64,000 bases of DNA, taken from contig CAZPYG010000008.1 in the NCBI GenBank assembly GCA_964590465.1, forward strand, positions 15,418-79,417. The letters run 5' to 3'. Below the pieces are notes generated by a model. That model was not told the origin of the DNA and searched no databases. It was given only the letters and a program-made list of their open reading frames with translations. Of this stretch, positions 36,562 through 44,457 are shown in pieces. Position 1 is the first letter of the stretch. Every line of letters starts with the position of its first letter. Made by a program: the position numbers and the translations under genes. Origin of the DNA: an uncultured bacterium (GTDB taxonomy: Bacteria > Cyanobacteriota > Cyanobacteriia > Phormidesmidales > Phormidesmidaceae).

Positions 36562-37436
36562 CTAACAGCACCGCTGCTCCGTGATCAGGGTCATGGTGGC
36601 CAGGGTACCTCGCGGGTCATAGGTACGCATTAACCGCTGCCTGAGGTCGGGGGTAATTAGCCAGCCGATTTCGAGAAATAGAGGTTTCCCGGGCTGAATG
36701 GACGAGGGAAACGTTGCTGAAGCGCCGTGGTCCAGCAGCAGCACCGTCACCGGCTGTTGCCCCTGGTTAAACTTCAGCCTGTTACCCACGTGCTGTCCCC
36801 GGGTGCAGATTGGCGGACCCTGACCATACCGCAGGGTTTGCTCAAGGCGATCATGGGTCAATTTCCCTACAGAAAGTTGCGTCGGTATGGTTTGCTCGGG
36901 CTGCCAGTCAGGAAAAACCGTGACCGCCTCCCCCAACCAGGTGCCGACCAACTGGTCGAGGGTCAGGGCTGGACGGGGGGTGGGCTTCGTACCCTGCAGC
37001 TGTTCTGGCATCAGGGTCAGGGAACCCAACTGCGGTTGGCGAGGAAACATAAAGGCCATTCGCAACCGCTCCGTTTGGTGGATTAACCCTAACTCCGCCC
37101 CAAAATCGCTGATGGGGCTCCACTGGAGGGATCCCTGGGAAAAGGCACCGGTTTCACAAAACAGCACCCCCCGCCCCAAAGAGCGATAATCAAGGGTGAT
37201 TTTATCGGGAGGGAGGCCCCCGGAAACTTGCGGATGACCTGGTGCATGGTTTTCCCCCCGTCCAGGGGTTGCAGCACCACCTCAGCAGGAACATCCTGCA
37301 AAATCTCCCCCGATGAGGCCACCTGGATGAAGGAGCCAACCCAGGTGCCCTGGTTTTTAAGCAGTCTTTCCCACTGGGTGGTCATGGCGTTCCAGGGTGG
37401 TGGGCAAGGTAGGATTTTGCTAAAATAGCCCACCAA
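36562..37436 (-). pseudogene. DUF3598-like conserved cyanobacterial protein, split by a single-base frameshift (or a sequencing error)
   Basis: Two overlapping same-strand ORFs (37089..37436 and 36562..37179). The N-terminal part 'MTTQWERLLKNQGTWVGSF...MHQVIRKFPG' continues as 'GLPPDKITLDYRSLGRGVLFCETGAFSQG' only in the other frame. The switch lies at a C5/G5 run (plus strand 37217-37221). Adding one base there restores a single ORF of about 290 aa. Confidence 0.55.
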
Positions 37437-37537
37437 CGCCTGGATTGGTGGGCTGACCAGCTAAGACCGGGCAAAAAGCATCAGAACCTGCTGAAGCATG
37501 CTGGGTTCTCGGATCTTCTGCCAGGGTGCGGCTGCAA

Positions 37538-37774
37538 TTAATACTTGTTGAGATTGAGGCCCGCTTCCTTGGCCATGGCATCGATCCCTTTGATTTGCAA
37601 GGTCTTGATGGCTTTGGTAGAAAGCCGCAGCTTAACCCACCGCTTCCCCTGGGGCCACCATACCCGCTTAGTCTGCAGGTTAGCCTCTTGCAGACGCTTT
37701 GTACGACGGTGCGAGTGGGAAATGGCGAATGCATTATTAGCCTTTTTCCCGGTCAGATCACACTTACGGGCCAT
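37538..37774 (-). CDS. rpmB: 50S ribosomal protein L28
   Basis: 78 aa. '[34 protein letters not shown]'. Confidence 0.95.
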   Translation of the reverse strand: MARKCDLTGKKANNAFAISHSHRRTKRLQEANLQTKRVWWPQGKRWVKLRLSTKAIKTLQIKGIDAMAKEAGLNLNKY

Positions 37775-37867
37775 CAGTTTTCTCCAAAGGTTTTGACGCT
37801 ATGCTATTGACACAATCGCTAATTATAGCGGACTATCCCCCAGTTGGCTAACCCCCCAGGAACCCTA

Positions 37868-38036
37868 CAGCAATTCTCAATATGACTTTTAAGGGGATGC
37901 ACTACCGCTCAGGCTGAGCTTGTCGTTCGCGAAGCGGCTCCCTAAGGGAGCAAGCCTAAAACTGCGGCTACAGCGTAGGGTTATGGCCTTCGACCGGCTC
38001 AGGCCGAACGCTAGGAACTCAAATTGAGAATTGCTG
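37868..38036. mobile_element. MITE-like element (169 bp) with perfect 14-bp terminal inverted repeats and a 9-bp target-site duplication
   Basis: Left TIR CAGCAATTCTCAAT (37868-37881). Right TIR ATTGAGAATTGCTG (38023-38036). Flanking direct repeat GGAACCCTA at 37859-37867 and 38037-38045. No ORF inside. Internal hairpin GCTCCC-TAA-GGGAGC. Confidence 0.6.
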
Positions 38037-38440
38037 GGAACCCTACGACCCTGGTAACCAAAGCTGAGGTATCAGCTTTGTCAGCTTTTCAAGGCTTCCA
38101 TACCCCTGCAGGCCAGGTAAGATGGCCCAACGGAACCTGCAGCAATGCCTATCTCCACCCTATCGAATCCTGCTTTCCGAGGAAAATTTTCGGAGAAATC
38201 TTGGAATGGGCCAAAAACCGTCCTGATTACCGGACGATTCCAAGAAAAATGAATTGGTAGATGCACCCTGATTAAATTCCCCGGTCTATGGCTGGGGAAT
38301 TTTTTTTCCACTGGCTCAGGATGTGACAGGAGGCAGAAGCTCCGTAAGTAATGCTTAAGGGGTAGAGATATTTTACAAAGCTGGGCTAGGCTGCTTGCAG
38401 ATACCCATCTGCAGCAAATCCCAAGCAAGGTCTGCGCCCT

Positions 38441-39178
38441 ATGACCGCTCCAACAATTGAAGTTTTGTCCGATAAAGCTGCTTTGGTGCAGCGAGCCCTT
38501 GAGCTAGTCTGCGATCGCATCCATCAAGCGGTCAATAACCATGGGTATTGTACGTTGGCCCTGGCCGGGGGCAGTACCCCAAAGCCCCTATATGAAGGAC
38601 TGGCCCAGAAGGACCTACCCTGGCAAAATCTCTACATTTTCTGGGGAGATGAGCGCTATGTGCCCGAAGATCACCCCGATAATAATGCCGGGATGGCCAA
38701 AAAGGTCTGGTTGAATCAGGTCCCCATTCCATCGGATCAAATCTACGTAATCCCTACCGCAGCAGCCGACCCAACTACCGCGGCAGAGCAGTACGAAGCC
38801 ACCTTAAATCAAGTGTTTAAGCATCTGCAGGGAGTTTCTCCCGACCAGATTCCCGCTTTCGACCTGGTGCTCCTGGGTACGGGGGATGACGGCCATACCG
38901 CTTCCCTCTTCCCCCACACGGCTGCCCTTAAGGTCACCGATCGGCTGGTGACCGTAGGCACGAAGCAAGCCGATCCCCGGATTACGTTCACTGTGCCTTT
39001 GATCAATAACAGCCGCATGGTAATTTTTCTGGCTACCGGGGCCAACAAGCAGGATGCTCTGGGCCAAATTTTCGCGGCCAAGGCTGATGACTTTGCCTAT
39101 CCCGCCAGAATGATTTGTCCCCAGGGGTCCCTCTGGTGGTTGTTGGATGAGTCAGCCGCCCCCGCAGTAAGGGGATAG
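38441..39178 (+). CDS. pgl: 6-phosphogluconolactonase
   Basis: 245 aa. 'LALAGGSTPKPLYE', 'IFWGDERYVP', 'FDLVLLGTGDDGHTASLFP'. Confidence 0.9.
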   Translation: MTAPTIEVLSDKAALVQRALELVCDRIHQAVNNHGYCTLALAGGSTPKPLYEGLAQKDLPWQNLYIFWGDERYVPEDHPDNNAGMAKKVWLNQVPIPSDQIYVIPTAAADPTTAAEQYEATLNQVFKHLQGVSPDQIPAFDLVLLGTGDDGHTASLFPHTAALKVTDRLVTVGTKQADPRITFTVPLINNSRMVIFLATGANKQDALGQIFAAKADDFAYPARMICPQGSLWWLLDESAAPAVRG

Positions 39179-39381
39179 GGGCAAGATTTGCTTCATTCCC
39201 ACAAAATCCGCAACTTATCAAAATCTGCAGCATATACAGCCAATTTCTAGAAAATTTGGAAATTTAGCTGTGAGGTTGGCAGACTCTTCTATCATTGAGT
39301 TGCCAGTCTATCATTGAGTGGCCAGGCTGTTGCCGAAATTCTGACCTGTTCGTCCCTGTGGCTAGAGTTTAAATCAGTAGT

Positions 39382-39807
39382 GTGATTACCCTTTCGTTGC
39401 TACATCCCCTCCATAAAACCCCTGTACAAAGCTGGACTTTTGACCAGGAAAATGTGATTCGCGTCGGACGCTCTACCGACAATAACGTTGTGCTGTACAG
39501 TGCCGTGGTCTCCCGCCATCACGTAGAGCTACACCGCACAGAATCAGGATGGGGTGTTAAAAGTATTGGCACCAACGGCACCTACTTAGACGGCCATCGC
39601 ATTACCGAGGCTCCGGTGACTGACGGCATGGTGATTCGCCTGGCCCGATCAGGACCCAATATTCAGATCAATACGGATGAAGCCAAGCGGGATCCTCTGA
39701 AAGACCTGCTGGCGGGGCGTCAACGCCTTGACCCCGCAAAACTATCGAACCTGGCCACAGAAACTCAGTTTGATCAGCCTCAATCTCCAAATCATCCATC
39801 CCCATGA
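39382..39807 (+). CDS. FHA-domain protein
   Basis: 141 aa with a GTG start. 'VIRVGRSTDNNVVLYSAVVSRHHVEL....GTNGTYLDGHRI'. Confidence 0.8.
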   Translation: MITLSLLHPLHKTPVQSWTFDQENVIRVGRSTDNNVVLYSAVVSRHHVELHRTESGWGVKSIGTNGTYLDGHRITEAPVTDGMVIRLARSGPNIQINTDEAKRDPLKDLLAGRQRLDPAKLSNLATETQFDQPQSPNHPSP

Positions 39808-40225
39808 CCTTTGCGATGTAGCCCATGGGGTGGTTGAGCGGGCAGAAAGTCGCCTGGGGGCGCGCCCTACCGAAGATCGTTCCGCTGAACAGGCCATCGT
39901 CCTGTTTCAATGCGCCCTAGGGGATATCGCCGCCGCCTGAAGCTCATTCCTTAAGGATCAGCAGACCGTCCAGGCCGGATATTCAATCTTGGGATCAGAT
40001 CGCCCGGTCCCGCCCGGTAAAGGCTCGCAAGCGAGGGATAGACTAAAGCCCAACTGGCAGAACTGGTAGCCATGCCGCTGACCCTGGAGCGCAATCAGAC
40101 CATCTCTGACCAGCGCTTTCCTGTTAGTTTAAAGCCAGAGAACTATCGAAATCGCTTGTTAGGGTCATTGAGGGAAAGGCGAGCCTAACCCCAAAACGTT
40201 CCCCAGCTCAGCCTGGGTTCATGTT

Positions 40226-40966
40226 ATGAAGGTTGCACCTATGCTCAAAGTGGCAATTTGGAATCTGAAAGGGGGCACGGGAAAATCTTCCACGGTCCAG
40301 AATCTGGGGGCAGAATTGGCCGCGGCTGGCCTGAAAACGGTACTGATTGATCTGGATGGTCAGCGCACCTTGAGCGACAGCTTCGGCATGGATAAGGCTA
40401 CCCCCAACGTGCTGGATTGGCTGGAAGGAAAAGGACAACCCCTGTTGACGGAAGTGGACCGCCTCTACCTGGTACCCGGAGACATCGGCACCTTTCAGCT
40501 TTCCTCAGAGGACGACCAGCTGCGCCCCTGCCTCAACCGCCTGAAGGACTTTCGGGTTTGTTTGATGGACTGCCCCCCCAGCCTGGGAGCCCCAACCCTT
40601 CAGGCCATTTGGAATGCAGATCGGCTGCTGCTGCCAACCCTGGCTGAACCGGCCAGCCTTAAGGGGCTGAAGGAAGCCGTTGAGCTGATTCGAGAAGAAC
40701 GTCCCAGCCTGCCCATCGACGTGCTGAGAACCCGCTACAAGCCCCGCCTGGTGATCAGTCGCGACTCCGTTGAGCAGTTGACCAAGGGAGAGCAGGCGGC
40801 AGACTATGCCCTGATGGCTACGGCGATTCCAGAGAATGTTGCGATCGCAGAGGCCTTTTCTTACCAAACTCCAGTGAACGAACATGCTCCCAGTTCTGTC
40901 GGGGCCCTGGCCTATCACTTACTGGCCGAGGAACTGATTCAAACCTGGAACCTCAAGGCCGAATAA
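40226..40966 (+). CDS. ParA/MinD-family P-loop ATPase (orphan)
   Basis: Deviant Walker A with the signature lysine, 'NLKGGTGKSS'. 'VLIDLDGQ', 'CLMDCPPSLG'. The start may be the ATG at 40241 (MLKVAIWNLKGG). Confidence 0.85.
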   Translation: MKVAPMLKVAIWNLKGGTGKSSTVQNLGAELAAAGLKTVLIDLDGQRTLSDSFGMDKATPNVLDWLEGKGQPLLTEVDRLYLVPGDIGTFQLSSEDDQLRPCLNRLKDFRVCLMDCPPSLGAPTLQAIWNADRLLLPTLAEPASLKGLKEAVELIREERPSLPIDVLRTRYKPRLVISRDSVEQLTKGEQAADYALMATAIPENVAIAEAFSYQTPVNEHAPSSVGALAYHLLAEELIQTWNLKAE

Positions 40967-40998
40967 ACCCTGCCCATCGCCAGTAATCCCTAACCCTT

Positions 40999-41622
40999 TT
41001 ACCGCAACCGCAACCGGCCCAGATGCTCTTCCCCCCGGCGGGAGGGCATGGAGTGGGCCGCAGGCGCTAAAGTTTCCACTACAAAATAAGGTTCAAAAAG
41101 ACGGCAGATCTCCTCAGGACTGGTCCCATAGGGTGGACCACCGGGTCGACCATGGGTGAAGAACAGGGCTAGCAGTTCCCCCCGGGGTTTCAGCAACCGG
41201 GCGACAAGTTCCACATAAGCTTCCCGCTGGGCCGGGTCAATGGCACAGAAGCAAGTGTGTTCCACCCCATAGTCGAAGTGACCCTGAAATTCTGGCACCA
41301 GATCAAAAATATTGCGCTGCAGGGGTCGCAGGGGAATCCGTTCGGCTTTCGCCGTTTGGGCCATGGCCTCCACAGCCGAGGGGGCAAAGTCTACGGCGGT
41401 AACGTCAAAACCAGAGTGAGCCAATAACCGGGCTTCGTGTCCTCGCCCTGCCCCCAGTACCACTGCCGTCCCCGGACTGGGGGCGGCATCCGACTGTAGC
41501 AAATGGACAAAAGGCGGTGCCGGTTGGCCCAAATCCCAACGGGTAGTGCCCTCTTGGTACCGACGCTCCCAGGCATCGGCACTCAGGGGGGACGGGGAGG
41601 GTGTCGTCACGGGAGGCTCCAT
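40999..41622 (-). CDS. SAM-dependent methyltransferase, thiopurine/thiol-halide methyltransferase (TPMT)-like
   Basis: 207 aa. 'WERRYQEGTTRWDLGQPAPPF' (TPMT-type N-terminus). Motif I 'AVVLGAGRGHEARLLA'. Confidence 0.7.
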   Translation of the reverse strand: MEPPVTTPSPSPLSADAWERRYQEGTTRWDLGQPAPPFVHLLQSDAAPSPGTAVVLGAGRGHEARLLAHSGFDVTAVDFAPSAVEAMAQTAKAERIPLRPLQRNIFDLVPEFQGHFDYGVEHTCFCAIDPAQREAYVELVARLLKPRGELLALFFTHGRPGGPPYGTSPEEICRLFEPYFVVETLAPAAHSMPSRRGEEHLGRLRLR

Positions 41623-41685
41623 AGAGTATGCTCGGCTCAGATTTTTGTCTCAAATTTGTGCTCACAGATTTCAAGGGTAGCGTGT

Positions 41686-42726
41686 ATGCGTCGTCGAAAC
41701 TTGCTGGCCGCTCTCGGGTTGGCCGCCACGGGCACGGTGCTTGCCGGGGGCACCCGTTCCACCCAGGCCTCTTCTCCGTTGAAGGCCCCCCGGCTACGAC
41801 CAGGCGACCGGGTCGGGATTATCAGCCCCGCCGGAGCCACCTTCGATCCTAACCAGATTGACCTGGTGGTCGATGCGGTCAGGGGACTCGGGTATGTTCC
41901 CCAGCTGGCTCCCCACGTCAGGGAACGCTATGGCTACCTGGCCGGTGCCGACGAGGTTCGGGCCGCTGATGTCAACGCCATGTTTGCCGATGCCTCCATC
42001 GCGGCCCTGATGCCCATTCGGGGCGACTGGGGCAGTGCCCGAATTTTGCCCTACCTGGACTATGGCCTGATCCGGGCTAACCCCAAGGTTCTGGTCGGCT
42101 TCAGCGATATCACCGCCTTGCTGCTGGGTATCCATGCCAAAACTGGCCTGATTACGTTTCACGGCCCCCACGGGATGACCGCCTGGCGTTCTGACCAGGT
42201 GGATCCCCTACAGCGGTTGGTCATGGAGGGGGACGCTCTGACCTACACCAACCCCCTGCTGGGGGAAGACCAGGACCGACTGATGCGAGTTCGCGGACGA
42301 ATTCAGACCATCACCCCTGGCCAGGCTACAGGACCTCTGATTGGGGGCAATCTTTCAGTGTTATCGGGCATTGTGGGATCTCCCTATATGCCCATTACGG
42401 AAGGGGCCATTTTGTTCCTGGAGGACATTGGTGAGGCGCCGTACCGGATTGACCGCATGTTGACGCAGCTCAAGCTAGCGGGATTACTCGACGGGTTGGC
42501 GGGATTTATCTTCGGCCAGTGCACCCACTGCGGCCCTGGAGAAACCTACGGCTCCCTAACCCTAGAGCAAATTCTGCAAGATCATATCCAACCGTTAGGG
42601 ATGCCGGCCTGGTCAGGGGCCTGGATCGGCCACGTAGAGCCCCTGTGGACTCTCCCCATTGGAGCTCGGGCGAGGATTGACGCCCAAGCCGGCAGGATTC
42701 AAATGCTGGCCCCGGCGGTCCAGTAG
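41686..42726 (+). CDS. LD-carboxypeptidase (peptidase S66), with a twin-arginine-like signal
   Basis: The ORF track starts at 41503 and overlaps the methyltransferase gene. I use the ATG at 41686, giving 'MRRRNLLAALGLAATGTVLAGG'. 'GDRVGIISPAG', 'LVGFSDITALL' (Ser nucleophile context), 'GAILFLEDIGE', 'IGHVEP'. Confidence 0.8.
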   Translation: MRRRNLLAALGLAATGTVLAGGTRSTQASSPLKAPRLRPGDRVGIISPAGATFDPNQIDLVVDAVRGLGYVPQLAPHVRERYGYLAGADEVRAADVNAMFADASIAALMPIRGDWGSARILPYLDYGLIRANPKVLVGFSDITALLLGIHAKTGLITFHGPHGMTAWRSDQVDPLQRLVMEGDALTYTNPLLGEDQDRLMRVRGRIQTITPGQATGPLIGGNLSVLSGIVGSPYMPITEGAILFLEDIGEAPYRIDRMLTQLKLAGLLDGLAGFIFGQCTHCGPGETYGSLTLEQILQDHIQPLGMPAWSGAWIGHVEPLWTLPIGARARIDAQAGRIQMLAPAVQ

Positions 42727-42870
42727 GCCCTGGTAAAAATCCCAGGGTGGCAGAACCCGGATCCTACCCTAAACAGGATCCAAAATCTCTATGCCATAAC
42801 CTTTTCCCCGTCCTTTGACCGGGAATCAGTCCGGCCAGAGCCTAACCCTAAGAAATTTCGATGGTAAAGG

Positions 42871-43013
42871 ATGAGAAATATCTAGAGTTTTAATATTTTT
42901 TTGTTTTTTGCGCCACTCCCCACAGGGATTTCCACAACTTCTGCCCAGTTTTCCACAGGTGGATATGGAAAACTTACCTTTTGAGCCACTCCTGTGGATT
43001 TCGAGATTCCACA
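42871..43013. promoter_or_regulatory. AT-rich tract followed by a cluster of DnaA-box-like motifs (TTTTCCACA type)
   Basis: 42871-42910 has only 7 G/C in 40 nt. Boxes: ATTTCCACA 42928-42936, TTTTCCACA 42949-42957, GGTGGATAT (rc ATATCCACC) 42958-42966, TGTGGATTT (rc AAATCCACA) 42993-43001, ATTCCACA 43006-43013, and a weaker CTCCCCACA 42916-42924. Confidence 0.45.
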
Positions 43014-43285
43014 GGTAACTATGTACCAGGGGGTAACCTAAACCCCTTGACAGGCCCAGGGAGATGGCTGAAACCCCCATTTTTCCGTAATTTAGCTGGC
43101 GACGCTAGCGGATAAATTCCATATTGGCAAGATTGACATACCCCTGAACTCTGGTGAGAATAATGCGACCAGCAAACACCGCTCTCGTTAGGGTTATAGG
43201 CAGACTTCAACCGTTGGTTGAGGCCCGTTATGAACCCTATAGGGGCGAAGTTTTGGCGTCTAAATTTGCAGTTGGGGATGTGGAT

Positions 43286-43513
43286 ATGAGTGAGCGAACC
43301 GTTACAGCAACAATGACCCCTAGAATTAGCCTGAATGTGGAAGTGCCTGAAGAATTGCATAATGCGATGGTTTCCTATGTCGAAAGCCATCCCGCCTGGA
43401 GCCAACACCGGGTATTTTGTGCCGCCCTGTCTTTGTTTTTGATGCAAAATGGCGTGAGTGACCGGCGGATAAACCGGCTTTATCTGGATACCGTGTTTGA
43501 CTACGTGGCTTAA
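43286..43513 (+). CDS. DUF2811-like small cyanobacterial protein
   Basis: The ORF track gives 43154..43513. The conserved part is 'ISLNVEVPEELHNAMVSYVESHPAWSQHRVFCAALSLFLMQNG', so I start at the ATG at 43286 (75 aa). Confidence 0.55.
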   Translation: MSERTVTATMTPRISLNVEVPEELHNAMVSYVESHPAWSQHRVFCAALSLFLMQNGVSDRRINRLYLDTVFDYVA

Positions 43514-43529
43514 GGTTTTACACCGTCAT

Positions 43530-43567
43530 AGGGCAGCCTTTTCCACCGGGGAAGGGCTGTCCTTTTA
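43530..43567 (+). terminator. Candidate intrinsic terminator after the DUF2811-like gene
   Basis: Imperfect stem GGGCAGCCTT (43531-43540) / AAGGGCTGTCC (43552-43562), followed by TTTT (43563-43566). Confidence 0.5.
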
Positions 43568-44008
43568 GATGAAATAAGGCTTTTTGGCCATGGTCAGTTC
43601 TTTAAATAAAATGAATAAATGAAGGGTAGGGTTCTGTTGTATAGCACTGGGCCATAAGCTTTGAGGATTCTTTTGCGATTTCAGCACCGGAGCCAAAACC
43701 ATATTTTCTAAAGGTAAGACTGCTCTGGTTATGGCCCTAGACCCGATAAATGACCGGCCCTTGAATGGGCAGGGGGCCTGCCGTAGCTTTAGTGGCTGAA
43801 TTCCCAGGAGATGGGTGATGCCCCAAAATGAGGATGAGTAACCATCGCAATGATTGTCAATTTGGCTATAGTCATGAAATAATAGGAGATTGTGTCTTAG
43901 CTTCTAGGCACCTCGGAGAAGCTACCGTTTTTCCTGGGAAGAGCTTGGCTTCTGCCAGGGCTTGGAAGCTATTTATCATCGTTGCCCGAATATCCTAGGT
44001 GATCTGTC

Positions 44009-44197
44009 ATGGCTAAAGGCGTCCGCCTCGTCATTACTCTGGAATGTACAGAGTGCCGGACTAATCCGGACAAACGTTCTAATGGTGTATCTCGATACAC
44101 TACCCAGAAAAACCGTCGCAACACGACGGGTCGCATGGAGCTGAAAAAATTCTGCCCCCACTGCAACACGCACACTGTTCACAAAGAGATTAAATAA
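44009..44197 (+). CDS. rpmG: 50S ribosomal protein L33
   Basis: 62 aa. '[17 protein letters not shown]...[33 protein letters not shown]'. Confidence 0.95.
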   Translation: MAKGVRLVITLECTECRTNPDKRSNGVSRYTTQKNRRNTTGRMELKKFCPHCNTHTVHKEIK

Positions 44198-44206
44198 TTC
44201 TGACCT

Positions 44207-44422
44207 ATGGCTTATTTCCGTCGTCGAGTATCTCCAATCAAGCCAGACGAACCCATTGACTATAAAGATGTCGATCTGCTGCGTAAGTTCGTCACCGAGC
44301 GAGGCAAAATTTTGCCCCGCCGCATTACCGGCTTGACCGCTAAGCAACAGCGGGATCTCACCACTGCCATCAAACGCGCTCGAATTCTTGCCCTGCTGCC
44401 CTATGTGAATGGTGAAGGCTAG
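44207..44422 (+). CDS. rpsR: 30S ribosomal protein S18
   Basis: 71 aa. '[49 protein letters not shown]'. Confidence 0.95.
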   Translation: MAYFRRRVSPIKPDEPIDYKDVDLLRKFVTERGKILPRRITGLTAKQQRDLTTAIKRARILALLPYVNGEG

Positions 44423-44457
44423 GCTAGGCTAGACATATCGAGTGTTGGGATAGTGGC

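Noticed and set aside
38024-38428. ORFs 38024..38260 (+) and 38081..38428 (-) between rpmB and pgl
   Set aside because: They overlap each other and the right end of the MITE. They have no motifs and are probably non-coding.
40226-40966. ParA-like gene as McdA (carboxysome positioning)
   Set aside because: No McdB-like gene follows it and no carboxysome genes are nearby. The Walker A motif keeps the signature lysine. The evidence is insufficient to name it.
41503-41685. N-terminal 61-aa extension of the LD-carboxypeptidase ORF
   Set aside because: It overlaps the 5' end of the convergent methyltransferase gene by 120 nt and reads as low-complexity sequence. The internal ATG at 41686 gives a plausible RR signal peptide.
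42826-43447. Minus-strand ORFs 42826..43080 and 43019..43447
   Set aside because: They run through the DnaA-box/AT-rich region and antisense to the DUF2811-like gene. They have Cys/His/Gly-rich nonsense composition.
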